IMG/VR virus record: IMGVR_UViG_3300037805_000525
Coordinates: 1 to 64,000 of that record
DNA: 64,000 bases
Reading direction: 5' to 3' (one strand)
Source: a virus
The translations under genes and the position numbers were made by a program. The stretch's first letter is position 1, and the number at the start of each line of letters is the position of its first letter. The notes under the pieces are model-generated. The model made no database searches. It worked only from the letters and a program-made list of their open reading frames with translations, and was not told the DNA's origin. Of this stretch, positions 27,453-36,845 are shown piece after piece.

Positions 27453-27746
27453 ATGAAGAACGAACAGACAGAGCAAGCCAACACGTCCAAAGATGATGAG
27501 GTGCGTATGAGCGTGCCTGTCGTCATGCCTGCGAAGCCGACCTTCGAGCAGGCGCTGCGAGCGCTGATCAACCGGTACTCGATGGAGAACGGCTCCGGGA
27601 CCCCCGACTACATGCTTGCCGCGTTCCTGATGGGTTGCCTCGACAGCTTCAACGAGGCGGTCAACCGACGTGACGTTTGGTGCGGGTTTGGCGAGGATAC
27701 CGAAGACCTCGAAGAACTCGCTGGGGGTCAACCAAATGCCTCATGA
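27453..27746 (+). CDS. conserved phage hypothetical protein (INRYSMENGSGTPDYMLA motif)
   Basis: GAGG RBS; motif recalled from phage hypothetical proteins. Confidence 0.75.
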   Translation: MKNEQTEQANTSKDDEVRMSVPVVMPAKPTFEQALRALINRYSMENGSGTPDYMLAAFLMGCLDSFNEAVNRRDVWCGFGEDTEDLEELAGGQPNAS

Positions 27747-28344
27747 AGAAGTCATTACTGAAGCTGAGAAGGCGACCATCGATCAGGCGGTCAGTGATTG
27801 GAACAACGAGGAGGCTGACGCGACAGTCAAAGCGTTCCTGGAGCTCACGCACGCGGGGCAGCAGGCGCTTTTCCGCCGAGTCGGGCTCCTCCCCGTTAGC
27901 GGCGTGTCCGAATTCGTAGAGAGCGTGTACCAGGCTGGGCGCGCACACGGACGTAAGGCGGCCACCGCAGAGCTTACCGCAGCGGCGGTGGCTGAGGTAC
28001 GCCCCATAGACACCCTCGACGATGAGTGCCCCGCGTGGCCGATCAAGCACCTGCTGTTTGACGCAGACGCGATCGGGAGCTCCGAATGGCGCCTCGTTCA
28101 CGACTTCGTAGTCGACATGATCGCAAACCAGTGCACCATCGGGGAGATCAGGTCGTGCCTGGGTGAGATACAGGACTGCGCGGAGTACACTATCCAGTCG
28201 ATCGAGCACCCCGAACGCGCGCTTGTGGACAAGGTTAGTCAGCAACTCTCCTACGGAGACACGCTCATGGAGCTTGAGGGCGAGCACCCGGACCTGGCAG
28301 AGCTGCTGAAGGCGCTCGTCGAGTCGGTACCGCCGATTAAATAA
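27736..28344 (+). CDS. hypothetical protein
   Basis: Operon position; acidic, helical. Confidence 0.7.
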   Translation: MPHEEVITEAEKATIDQAVSDWNNEEADATVKAFLELTHAGQQALFRRVGLLPVSGVSEFVESVYQAGRAHGRKAATAELTAAAVAEVRPIDTLDDECPAWPIKHLLFDADAIGSSEWRLVHDFVVDMIANQCTIGEIRSCLGEIQDCAEYTIQSIEHPERALVDKVSQQLSYGDTLMELEGEHPDLAELLKALVESVPPIK

Positions 28345-28379
28345 CTCGCTGGTGCGGGCAAGGCGCCCAGTCCGTAGGT

Positions 28380-28396
28380 TTATCACACTGTGATAA
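28380..28396. repeat. 17-bp palindrome copy 8 (ACT)
   Basis: TTATCACACTGTGATAA. Confidence 0.95.
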
Positions 28397-28410
28397 TCGG
28401 CTCATTTAGT

Positions 28411-28438
28411 GAGGACCTCCCGGTCCTCTGTTTTTAGC
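28411..28438 (+). terminator. hairpin + TTTTTAG tail
   Basis: GAGGACC/GGTCCTC stem. Confidence 0.75.
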
Positions 28439-28444
28439 TAGCGC

Positions 28445-28480
28445 GCAAAAGAACCGGCACACAAGGCATAAGACCCTCAG
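28445..28480 (+). promoter_or_regulatory. phage promoter motif
   Basis: GCAAA-N15-GGCATAAG-N5-CAG. Confidence 0.85.
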
Positions 28481-28507
28481 TACTACCGCCATCAGGAGGG
28501 GTCCAAG

Positions 28508-28864
28508 TTGAAGCAACGCTACATATACGTGCGCAGACCATACACCACGCGTACAGACGCAAACGGTGGAGCGCCGCATGTCACCTACGGCCCGCCTACC
28601 TGCTTCGTTTCGGGCGGGGAATACTCGTCAAACAGCTACCCCGGAGGAGGTACGCAGGTACTCCTTGTGGTAGGTCCGCTGGCGCCGACAGACTCGCAGA
28701 TCTTGGGGCGGTTCCTGAAGTGCTACCCAGAGCGTGCGTTGGAAGAGGCGATTCGGCGTGCGGCGTTCGAGAAGGCCTTGGGGCTGCTTCGTGAGCTGGA
28801 GACCGAGCAGCACCTGCGGTTCATCAGGGATGCGTTTGCAGCAGTCTCAAAAGGGGGTGGGTAA
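28508..28864 (+). CDS. hypothetical protein
   Basis: AGGAGG RBS, TTG start after promoter. Confidence 0.65.
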   Translation: MKQRYIYVRRPYTTRTDANGGAPHVTYGPPTCFVSGGEYSSNSYPGGGTQVLLVVGPLAPTDSQILGRFLKCYPERALEEAIRRAAFEKALGLLRELETEQHLRFIRDAFAAVSKGGG

Positions 28865-29283
28865 TGGCACTGTCTATATCGCGGCACGGGCGTGAATTGG
28901 AGAAGCGCCATCACGCCGGCGAAAGCCTGTTCTGCGCTTATGACTACGACGGCGACTGGGGGAAGCGCGTAAGAGGTTGGCGGTCAGACGGTGCAACCGC
29001 GAGTTGCCTTGAGGTCCTGAAGGAGCTCGTACAGGACCTACGTGCTCATCTGCCCCTGGTATCAAACGGCCACTACGACACACGGCACCAGCAGGTCCAA
29101 CTCACATGGACCGCGCGCCCGTCCGGCACAACCATCTTCGCAATCCTGGTTAAGGAGACCGCTGAGATCGAGTGGGCGTTCCGCAAACAAATAAGGGACG
29201 CCAAGACCTACACGGGTAATGGCGACGATTGGATACGGCACGCGCCATACATCGCCAAACTTGTGCGAAAGGGGAAGTTCTGA
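28864..29283 (+). CDS. hypothetical protein sharing a Trp-patterned domain with 29482..30762
   Basis: TAATG overlap. Confidence 0.7.
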   Translation: MALSISRHGRELEKRHHAGESLFCAYDYDGDWGKRVRGWRSDGATASCLEVLKELVQDLRAHLPLVSNGHYDTRHQQVQLTWTARPSGTTIFAILVKETAEIEWAFRKQIRDAKTYTGNGDDWIRHAPYIAKLVRKGKF

Positions 29284-29489
29284 TGCCGCATTACGTACAG
29301 ATGCTCTACGAAGGTAAGCGCGAGACCGTCGAAGAGGCCGACGATGTTCGAGAGGCTCGCCGTCTACGCGACGCCCACCAGCGCAGCAACCCCGCTGCGT
29401 ACTACTACACCTCAAATCGCGCGTGCAAGGCATGGCGCGACGAAGTAATAGCCGCACAGGCAGAAAAGGATGCACTCGCCAATGACTGA
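29283..29489 (+). CDS. conserved small phage protein (ETV.E......A...YY.S.RACK.W)
   Basis: TGATG overlap. Confidence 0.7.
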   Translation: MPHYVQMLYEGKRETVEEADDVREARRLRDAHQRSNPAAYYYTSNRACKAWRDEVIAAQAEKDALAND

Positions 29490-30762
29490 CAACGTGAACG
29501 ATTTCGAGAGCGCCGTTTGGGCCGTGTACCTCAAGTACGTGACCCGCCCGAGCGAAACAGTCCCACAGTACACGTGCCCGGAGATTGCAGTGTTCGCAGA
29601 TGGCGCCGCGCCGATGCCTGTGCCAGAGGCGTACGCCGCAGGCGGACTGCGCGCTGAGCACAAGCGCTACCTTGGCCACCTCACCATCTCCGAGGTGCGC
29701 CTCATCCTGCCGAAGTTAGATCCGGTGGCGGTGGCGGTGGAGATCTCTAGGCGTGATGCGCGACTCGAGCTCATCAGTTCGTTCGAGGCCAACGAGGAGA
29801 TCCGTGAACGGGATCTACGCTTCGCACTCGGTATCCCGCTGAGCGGTGAGTGCCGGAGTCGTGAGGTGGCTCCCTGGGAGGAGTGGTGGTTGCGCGGGTG
29901 GAGCAACCTTGCGTGCGCGTCCGTAGAGCTGGGCGCGGACCAGGAGCATGTCAACACACTCAGCCGCGCGGTCTACGTCACGATGCAAGCAGTTAAGCGG
30001 AACCCACGGCCGCTCTTGGACGTCGAGCGTACTGCTAAGAAGACGGGCGGTCACCAGCCTGCCGCGGTCATTTGGTCGCGCGGCCGTAACTGGCTGATGC
30101 TCGAAGTGTCGAAAGACGGCGTCCTCCACTGGGGTGCTGGGGAGGGATCTGTGCGGGAGGCGAACATGTCTGTCGCTAAGGGGGTTGACTGGCTGGAGCA
30201 CGCCCACCTTGTCGCCTGGGATATGGACGTCTCCGTCCCAGAGTACTGCGAAAACGCGTGGGTTGGGCGTTCGAGGGTCGTCTCGGCACTTGGCCTACGG
30301 GCCGCGAACCTGCCGCGCCCAAGCGAGCCTGAGTTCCTACAGAACCTGCAGCGCGGTGCGATCACGGGCCGCTACTCGGCGACCAAGGAGAACCGGGTGT
30401 CCGACACCATCTCCCCGGTTGAGGCGTGGTTGGCAAACGTGTGGAAGCCCGCATTGCACAAGTACCTGGTCGACGGGCACCTGTACGAGAACATCCAAGA
30501 GCTGAGCGACCACGTCGTAGACATGCTCACGCGGTCACCCGTTGTGCCGACGCTGAACGTCGAGGGGAACGTAGAGGGGAGCGAGAACCCGTACGTACGC
30601 GTTACGTGGACGAAGGGTGCAGTGAAGCTGGTTCTCTGGAAAGACGAGAACGACACCCTCTGGTGGAGCTGCACGGCGGATTCTAGGTGCCACAACAAGA
30701 AGTCGAAGCTTTACGTCACGCCCGACCGTAACTGGCTCGAGCACATGCTCCTGTTCCTGTAG
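29482..30762 (+). CDS. hypothetical protein with internal domain duplication
   Basis: AAGGA RBS; two copies of a domain ending in WLEH. Confidence 0.75.
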   Translation: MTDNVNDFESAVWAVYLKYVTRPSETVPQYTCPEIAVFADGAAPMPVPEAYAAGGLRAEHKRYLGHLTISEVRLILPKLDPVAVAVEISRRDARLELISSFEANEEIRERDLRFALGIPLSGECRSREVAPWEEWWLRGWSNLACASVELGADQEHVNTLSRAVYVTMQAVKRNPRPLLDVERTAKKTGGHQPAAVIWSRGRNWLMLEVSKDGVLHWGAGEGSVREANMSVAKGVDWLEHAHLVAWDMDVSVPEYCENAWVGRSRVVSALGLRAANLPRPSEPEFLQNLQRGAITGRYSATKENRVSDTISPVEAWLANVWKPALHKYLVDGHLYENIQELSDHVVDMLTRSPVVPTLNVEGNVEGSENPYVRVTWTKGAVKLVLWKDENDTLWWSCTADSRCHNKKSKLYVTPDRNWLEHMLLFL

Positions 30763-30791
30763 GGGGGGCCCCGAGCGCGTGACAGCGACCG

Positions 30792-30827
30792 TCGTATTGG
30801 GCAGCATTTCTGGCATAAGGAAACTAG
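30792..30827 (+). promoter_or_regulatory. phage promoter motif (weak upstream element)
   Basis: GGCATAAG-N5-TAG at 30812. Confidence 0.7.
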
Positions 30828-30895
30828 GTACCCAGGCACCGCACTCGTTCGGCGCAAGGTACGTTTTTCATTCGACATCATTGAGGAGGACGGCG

Positions 30896-31450
30896 ATGAG
30901 TGAAGCAGTCATGCACCTGATCGGGGCCGGCGGGGAGATTCTCGAGTCCCACGTGTACACCCCCGGCACGGTGTTCCTATTCTTCCTGTCTGCTGTCGGT
31001 GCCAAGGCGGGCATCGCGGTTGACGCAGCGTGGCACAAGAGCGCCACGCAGTGCATCGGACAAAGCCCGGATGTCCCGGAGTTCGTAAAGACTGCGATGC
31101 CCACGACCTACTGCGGGGGCGTCTACCGACGCGCTGACCTACTGGACCTGGCGGACGCCATGGACAGCTGCACGGTCGACTACCACTCCACCGACGTTGC
31201 GTGGCACATGGACAAGCAGGCAGCCCACCTGCGCGCAGCATGGGCAAACGAGGCCGTGCAGTATGTTGGGTTCCAAGGTACCTCGCTCGGGTACAACAAC
31301 TTTTCCGGAGAACAGGCGCACACCACGTGCCCTACGTGCCATCACGAAGAGTACACGGGACAAGACCCATTCAACCTTTTCACGGCGCTGAAGAACAAGC
31401 GCGTGTTCATGGTGACCCGACCACACGAGGAGAGTACGGACAGTGAGTAG
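30896..31450 (+). CDS. hypothetical protein with C-terminal CxxC
   Basis: GAGGAGG RBS after promoter. Confidence 0.7.
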   Translation: MSEAVMHLIGAGGEILESHVYTPGTVFLFFLSAVGAKAGIAVDAAWHKSATQCIGQSPDVPEFVKTAMPTTYCGGVYRRADLLDLADAMDSCTVDYHSTDVAWHMDKQAAHLRAAWANEAVQYVGFQGTSLGYNNFSGEQAHTTCPTCHHEEYTGQDPFNLFTALKNKRVFMVTRPHEESTDSE

Positions 31451-32111
31451 TCCCGAAGTAAAGATAACCAGGAACACGCTCGTGCTGCCCAACGGAAACG
31501 TTGTTGCGGTGCGGGCGTTCAGCCCTCGCCTTTTCTTACAGGCGTACGTCGCCACAGATTACAAAGATAAGCGCGTGTTCTGGGTAGACGGCGGCGGCAC
31601 CGCGAAGATCCCCGGGAACAACCCTGCGGTCATCGAGTACGCGCAGAGCAGCACGCGTCGCTTCAACTTGCCCAAGGTGACGAAGATTGGCCATAAAGAC
31701 GGTAACCCCGTCTATGCGCTTCCTGAGTATGCGTGCTCCCTGAAGAAGTCCAACAGCTACAGCGCGTGGTGCGATTACGTGGAAATCCGGGACACGTGGG
31801 ACCAGGTCAAACTGATGGACCGAGACCGCGGCCGAGGTGAGTGGGGGTACCAGCTGCGGGAGCGGCTACTTGACCGACTGAGGGAGCGCAACAAGCTCCC
31901 TAAGGGGCTGTACACGGCGCTCACAGAGCTATCCGAGGCGTGCGATGCGTTCGGTGAGGACTACTCGTTCCAGTTCATGCCGTCGACGTGTGCGACGGAT
32001 CACCTTGGACGGCTGATCCTGCTTGACGTGGTGTACAGCCCCCTGCTGGTGGAGAAGCACCTGCGTGCGCAGGCTGCCCGCAGGCAGAGCGCGCACCGCA
32101 GTGTCTGGTGA
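31443..32111 (+). CDS. hypothetical protein, possible degenerate kinase-like fold
   Basis: LPKV...Y.LPEY and C-terminal D..G.LILLD; weak match. Confidence 0.55.
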   Translation: MSSPEVKITRNTLVLPNGNVVAVRAFSPRLFLQAYVATDYKDKRVFWVDGGGTAKIPGNNPAVIEYAQSSTRRFNLPKVTKIGHKDGNPVYALPEYACSLKKSNSYSAWCDYVEIRDTWDQVKLMDRDRGRGEWGYQLRERLLDRLRERNKLPKGLYTALTELSEACDAFGEDYSFQFMPSTCATDHLGRLILLDVVYSPLLVEKHLRAQAARRQSAHRSVW

Positions 32112-32118
32112 CTCACTG

Positions 32119-32472
32119 ATGCGGTATGTCACCTGCTGCGTGGAGTCCACCGATGAGTTGATCAGCGACATGACCGCCTCGGAGACGGAGCTGACCTACG
32201 CCGAGTTCTGCGCCCTTGCGGACGGCGTTGACGAGTGGGCGGCGGCGCACGGGTACGACACGGACTTCCCGATCACGGCCGACGAGCATGTCTCGTACCA
32301 CAAGTCCACATACGGGGGAGCGCCGTGCGTGTACCTGCAGTGGTCCGGGATCGAATACATCTGGCTATGGCCTGAGCCAGGCACGGCAGAGGTGCCGCCG
32401 GATGACTGGGGCTACGGAACAGTCCCGCACACGACGCGCTTCGGTGCCACTAATTTCCTCGGGGAGCGTTGA
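32119..32472 (+). CDS. conserved phage hypothetical protein (Y.TCCV...VSY.KS.Y.G.PC.Y...S.IEY)
   Basis: Motif recalled from phage hypothetical proteins. Confidence 0.7.
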   Translation: MRYVTCCVESTDELISDMTASETELTYAEFCALADGVDEWAAAHGYDTDFPITADEHVSYHKSTYGGAPCVYLQWSGIEYIWLWPEPGTAEVPPDDWGYGTVPHTTRFGATNFLGER

Positions 32473-32475
32473 CCT

Positions 32476-32688
32476 ATGGCATCGCGAGAAGAGTTGATGA
32501 AGCTGTACACAGACAATGAGGCGGAGGCGACGCGGTTCAGCGACGCAGGGTACCCAGGGTGCTACGCCATGGGGTACGTACCCGGTGACACCCCCGGGCG
32601 TATACGCAAGGCAACCGCCTACGAACTCGAGGAGATCGAGGTGGTGCGCAAGACCTTGCCGCCGCCTAAACTCACCATCGTAGATTAG
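32476..32688 (+). CDS. small hypothetical protein
   Basis: GGGGAG RBS; ends at terminator. Confidence 0.65.
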   Translation: MASREELMKLYTDNEAEATRFSDAGYPGCYAMGYVPGDTPGRIRKATAYELEEIEVVRKTLPPPKLTIVD

Positions 32689-32708
32689 GCGCTGGCGCGC
32701 CTACGGTC

Positions 32709-32735
32709 CAAGGGCTCGCGCCCTTGTTCTTACCC
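32709..32735 (+). terminator. hairpin + TTCTTAC tail
   Basis: CAAGGGC/GCCCTTG stem. Confidence 0.7.
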
Positions 32736-32744
32736 GTCACTCGA

Positions 32745-32761
32745 TTATCACACTGTGATAA
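32745..32761. repeat. 17-bp palindrome copy 9 (ACT)
   Basis: TTATCACACTGTGATAA. Confidence 0.95.
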
Positions 32762-32763
32762 GC

Positions 32764-32799
32764 GCTAACTCCTCGCACTATCTGGCATAAGTATTTTAG
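32764..32799 (+). promoter_or_regulatory. phage promoter motif
   Basis: GCTAA-N15-GGCATAAG-N5-TAG. Confidence 0.8.
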
Positions 32800-32827
32800 A
32801 GGCTACACACAACGTTTAGGGGGCTAC

Positions 32828-33124
32828 ATGCCAGGTGTGCGAAAATACGAAGTTCTTCGGCTGCTCGCCCAAAATGGTATCTGGGTGCTGGGCACGGAGA
32901 AAATCGCTGACCGTGTCGAGCTACATGCTGCGTGGAATCATGCAGGCGCGGCGGCGCAGTACGTCAAGCACAACCACGCGACTGCTACGCGTTCTGGGCG
33001 TATCATCGGCATGTGCGAGTCGTTCGCCGTTCGCGCACCAGACGACAAGCGCTGGGTCCCGGTGGCGGTGCACATCGACTACGCCCCGCGCATCGTCGCC
33101 AAGCGTATGACGCGGCCCATGTAA
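32828..33124 (+). CDS. hypothetical protein
   Basis: First gene after promoter. Confidence 0.65.
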   Translation: MPGVRKYEVLRLLAQNGIWVLGTEKIADRVELHAAWNHAGAAAQYVKHNHATATRSGRIIGMCESFAVRAPDDKRWVPVAVHIDYAPRIVAKRMTRPM

Positions 33125-33266
33125 GAGATACGACGCATCGGAGAGTTGGCCCAGCACGAGCCACACATGGTGCCTCGCAGTAATAATTGGGAAGGGTGAA
33201 CATGTTCGTTCTGAAGGTTCTCCCGCCGAAATCAAGCAGCGCAATGCAGCGCGAAAGGTCGCTATC

Positions 33267-33473
33267 GTGTGTGAGCCTAAGCAACTGACTGATCTGGACT
33301 GGAAGCGTTTGAAAGAGTGTTACAGCGAGGCAATCTTCGAGTGTGCAAAGGATGGTCGGGAATATGAGGGTGAAGGGGTCATGACGTCCCTCGGTTATGT
33401 CGATCTTTGGCCTGACGGCGATGTCACGGCATTTGGTGCAGTGGTGGGATCGGCGAAAGCGCAACAAACGTGA
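33267..33473 (+). CDS. small hypothetical protein
   Basis: GTGA overlap with next gene. Confidence 0.5.
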   Translation: MCEPKQLTDLDWKRLKECYSEAIFECAKDGREYEGEGVMTSLGYVDLWPDGDVTAFGAVVGSAKAQQT

Positions 33474-33739
33474 AGGTGGTTCGTGACAGAAGCGTGCTGT
33501 GCAATTCACAGCACCCGAATGGTAAACCTATCCTCGCCGAGCCCGGCACATTCGTTGTCGCCCTGGCAGTCGAGGCGGAAGACCTCCTCATGGGTCGCAG
33601 CTTCGCAACCGAAGCCGAAGCTGCTGACTGCGTAAAGGCGCTGCGCGTTGGCTGGCCTGACGCCGACATTGGCATCATCACCCCAGAGAAGTGGAACGCC
33701 GCCTTCGTCGACACGCCCCAGTCGGAGATGGGTGGGTGA
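33470..33739 (+). CDS. WN-domain family protein
   Basis: AEPGTFVV...RSFATEAEA...ITPEKWNA. Confidence 0.7.
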   Translation: MKVVRDRSVLCNSQHPNGKPILAEPGTFVVALAVEAEDLLMGRSFATEAEAADCVKALRVGWPDADIGIITPEKWNAAFVDTPQSEMGG

Positions 33740-33760
33740 CATGTCACAGAAACGACCACG

Positions 33761-34048
33761 GTGGTGCAGAACGTAACTGCTCGCCGCGTTATGAGTATCC
33801 CAGCGGAGGCCGGGGAGTACGTGGTCGTGCAGTCGGTTGACACGGACATAGGGGACGGCGTCTCTGTACGCGCGCGCAGCTTCGCGAGCGCCGAGGACGC
33901 GACCACCCACCAGAAAGCCCTCGTGGCAAGTGGTGACCTCGAGGCGATCACACTGACAGCCAAAGAGTGGAATGCGCAGATGGTGGACCACCGAAGGCTG
34001 ACCAGCGAAGAGTGGGATTCCGAGCTTGGGACGGGTGAACACGGATGA
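33761..34048 (+). CDS. WN-domain family protein (in frame with upstream paralog)
   Basis: AEAGEYVVV...RSFASAEDA...LTAKEWNA; start uncertain. Confidence 0.65.
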   Translation: MVQNVTARRVMSIPAEAGEYVVVQSVDTDIGDGVSVRARSFASAEDATTHQKALVASGDLEAITLTAKEWNAQMVDHRRLTSEEWDSELGTGEHG

Positions 34049-34527
34049 TTAGGGACATGAAGATGAGTAACACACACCGTGCCGTCGCTGTGGCGGTAGG
34101 GCTGATGCTCACCGCAACGATCGTCTACTGGGATGGTACTACTGGTGTCGCGGGCGACACGTACCGCCTCCGGCACGTCGTGAAGCGCGCTACGACGATG
34201 GTCACCACAGATGACACCGTGGTCAAATCTATGCAGTGCGTCTACATCGACGACCAAGCTGTGGACGCGCAATGCCTTGCGACGCTCGTCGGCCGTGCGG
34301 GGAACACCTCCGTGCGCATCACGTGCAGTCACGGCGAGTTTGAAGTTGCGTGCTGGGTGGCTGACGCCGATCCAGCCGCTGATGGGGGGACATGGTGGGG
34401 CAGATACGTAGTACCGTCCTCGCACTCGCCGCAGACGCGGCCTTCGAAGAGGACCCGTCACGCAGAAGCGCGATACTTGCGCTGGTGGAGAAGGAAAACT
34501 TTATCCGTTACCTGCGCGGACACGTGA
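34045..34527 (+). CDS. secreted or membrane-anchored hypothetical protein
   Basis: N-terminal hydrophobic helix; ATGA overlap. Confidence 0.6.
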   Translation: MIRDMKMSNTHRAVAVAVGLMLTATIVYWDGTTGVAGDTYRLRHVVKRATTMVTTDDTVVKSMQCVYIDDQAVDAQCLATLVGRAGNTSVRITCSHGEFEVACWVADADPAADGGTWWGRYVVPSSHSPQTRPSKRTRHAEARYLRWWRRKTLSVTCADT

Positions 34528-35066
34528 GCCTGGGCCGCGCAATACTGAGCATGGGCGACGCGCGGTGCGCAATCATGAAAGAGCTGTACAGGCGTCGTGC
34601 CGAGCTCACGGACGCCGAGCTACCTGTCACGCCGTACACGCTCATCACAGTGCGCGAACTCGGTGAGCACGGCATGTACGCAGTGGCTATGGATGGCTCC
34701 ATCACGGATTTCCCCGTAGAAGACGCTATCGTGCACACAGGGTCGACACCCAGGACGGGACGACGCTGGTGGGAGTTCTGGAAGCGTGACGTGGTGCTCG
34801 TTGTGTGGAACGGGTGGCCGGATCGTGTGGTTGCAAACGTGAAACCACTGCGTGCGATCACGTCCGCTGGCCGCCCACTGCCCGTGTCGGAGGGTCGCTA
34901 CGTTGCGGTGTTCGATCAGGATGACGGTCGACGCGCGTACTCATTCCCGCTGCGCTCGGTAGCTGCGGCGTTCGTGGTCCGACAGGCCGAGAAGCATGGC
35001 AATTTCAACAAAGCGAATGTGCTGACCGCCGAGGGGTGGAACAGCAAGGAAGGATTGCGCAGGTGA
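34524..35066 (+). CDS. hypothetical protein with C-terminal WN domain
   Basis: EGRYVAVF...YSF...VLTAEGWNS; GTGA overlap. Confidence 0.7.
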   Translation: MSLGRAILSMGDARCAIMKELYRRRAELTDAELPVTPYTLITVRELGEHGMYAVAMDGSITDFPVEDAIVHTGSTPRTGRRWWEFWKRDVVLVVWNGWPDRVVANVKPLRAITSAGRPLPVSEGRYVAVFDQDDGRRAYSFPLRSVAAAFVVRQAEKHGNFNKANVLTAEGWNSKEGLRR

Positions 35067-35512
35067 GTTACCCCAAGATGCCCGAGCCCGAGCCACACAG
35101 TAGTCCGCGTGTGCGTGCGGCGCACAACATGCTGGAGCGGGCTAAGAACGTCCTCTCGGTAGCGGAGGCTGCAGATGAACTACACGTGCAACTGCAGGAC
35201 GCCCTGGACCGGTCAGTGGCTGACTTCATCTCAAAGATCGACCGCACGAAGCTGGCGTGGCTGCGGCTGAAGTACGACGGGTTGTACTCGGTCTACGCGG
35301 CAACGAGCACGTCGTCGGACGAGTACATGCGCCGCAAGGATCGTACCGACCGCGCGGAATACGTTTACCGTCGTGAGCAGATGCGTATTGACGAACTTGG
35401 GCACCGGGCACGCGCTATGCGCGTGCAGCACACGTCTGGGACGTTGGCCGCGCGTGACGCGCTTCACCACGCACAGGAGTCTTACGCCGAGGCCTTGGAG
35501 GCTGCCATATGA
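35063..35512 (+). CDS. helical hypothetical protein
   Basis: GTGA overlap. Confidence 0.65.
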   Translation: MSYPKMPEPEPHSSPRVRAAHNMLERAKNVLSVAEAADELHVQLQDALDRSVADFISKIDRTKLAWLRLKYDGLYSVYAATSTSSDEYMRRKDRTDRAEYVYRREQMRIDELGHRARAMRVQHTSGTLAARDALHHAQESYAEALEAAI

Positions 35513-35946
35513 CGTACGTGGACGAGGCAATCGAAATCGCGTGCCAGCGCTGGCCGTGGCAAAAGGAGATCTTCCAAGCACTCCGTCACCGTACGTCTGC
35601 GGCTGCTTGGCTTCTGTGCTTCAACGACCTGGACCGCGCGCACCACGACTTGCTGGTCGCACAGGAGCGCCTGCGCGCTGCGTTGGCGGTCGTGTTCCCG
35701 TGCGCCCCCGTATACTCGCGGGCGATCATGCCCATCTACGCTGTGCGTAGGCAGGCGGGCCTACGAATGGTGTGGGGTGCAGACAAGCTGCGGGACGCGT
35801 TCAGCAGTGTAGACGACGCGACGGACCGACTGGACGTACTCCGGCGCGGCCGGGCAGATACGTGGTTCACGCAGTCTGCGGTGGCGTTTACGTGGAGTGG
35901 CTGGCCTGTGCTGGCGCTCCAGGAGATGCCAGATGACGCGCCTTGA
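35509..35946 (+). CDS. hypothetical protein
   Basis: GGAGG RBS, ATGA overlap. Confidence 0.65.
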   Translation: MTYVDEAIEIACQRWPWQKEIFQALRHRTSAAAWLLCFNDLDRAHHDLLVAQERLRAALAVVFPCAPVYSRAIMPIYAVRRQAGLRMVWGADKLRDAFSSVDDATDRLDVLRRGRADTWFTQSAVAFTWSGWPVLALQEMPDDAP

Positions 35947-35972
35947 GTATCCGTAGGCGGTGAGCCGCCAAA

Positions 35973-35989
35973 TTATCACACTGTGATAA
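35973..35989. repeat. 17-bp palindrome copy 10 (ACT)
   Basis: TTATCACACTGTGATAA. Confidence 0.95.
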
Positions 35990-35992
35990 TCC

Positions 35993-36028
35993 GCAACATC
36001 GGGCACTACGCGGGCATAAGAGTTATAG
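35993..36028 (+). promoter_or_regulatory. phage promoter motif
   Basis: GCAAC-N15-GGCATAAG-N5-TAG. Confidence 0.8.
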
Positions 36029-36117
36029 CTGCCGAGAAGATGACGCGAATGCCGAGGTGGTACGCGGAATGCGGCGGCTTGGCCTGGACACACCTTACGA
36101 GGATACGGAGAGCTGAG

Positions 36118-36678
36118 ATGTCACACGAAATGGAACTCACACAGGCGGACGCGGAAACCTTGCAGCGCTGCAAGGTTGTCGTTGAGTGGTTTACCGGGGA
36201 CGGTATCGTTGCCATCGGTGAGTACGAAAAGCTCGACTTAGCTGGGAAGCGGCGCGTGCTTGGCACGCTTGGGTTCACGCGAACGGGGTTTACGGCGGTT
36301 CCTGCGCTCGTCCCAGGCGACCATCGGAATATCGACACCGTTGTGGACCTCATCCACAATGCTGCGGCGTGGGGGGCCGCACGCCGCGGGCGGGAGCTAG
36401 CGAGCGACGAGGAGGCGCGTCGGAGTTCCCTCGAGCAGCTCCGCGCAAAAGACGACCTCAAACACGTGGAGCCGTGTGCCCGCGTCGACTACGTGCACAC
36501 CCGTTGGCTGGATGGGCCGAAGATGTCCGCAGCGCGTCTGTTCCGCATGCTGAGCTCCGAGCGGCAGACTGAGTTCTGTGACTTGATTGGGAATCCGCGT
36601 TTGTGCGCAGAGCTCCTCCGCCTTGTGGTCGCCACCATCGACGAGGACCACCGTGCCCTCATCGCGCCCGTGCCCTGA
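36118..36678 (+). CDS. hypothetical protein (single-gene cassette)
   Basis: GGAG RBS; has its own promoter and terminator. Confidence 0.7.
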   Translation: MSHEMELTQADAETLQRCKVVVEWFTGDGIVAIGEYEKLDLAGKRRVLGTLGFTRTGFTAVPALVPGDHRNIDTVVDLIHNAAAWGAARRGRELASDEEARRSSLEQLRAKDDLKHVEPCARVDYVHTRWLDGPKMSAARLFRMLSSERQTEFCDLIGNPRLCAELLRLVVATIDEDHRALIAPVP

Positions 36679-36718
36679 AGGTCGTACGATTGCCTGCGGG
36701 TCAATACGCAGGTAGTCG

Positions 36719-36764
36719 GTGGCGTCCCGGATTCGTAGCGTTGCCGGGACGCCACATTTTTAGC
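36719..36764 (+). terminator. hairpin + TTTTTAG tail
   Basis: GTGGCGTCCCGG/CCGGGACGCCAC stem. Confidence 0.75.
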
Positions 36765-36771
36765 CGTTACC

Positions 36772-36807
36772 GCAAACACCTACCGACACATGGCATAAGA
36801 CCTATGT
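36772..36807 (+). promoter_or_regulatory. phage promoter motif
   Basis: GCAAA-N15-GGCATAAG. Confidence 0.85.
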
Positions 36808-36845
36808 AGGTGTGCATTCCGTACACCCGCATCTAGGAGGATGCA

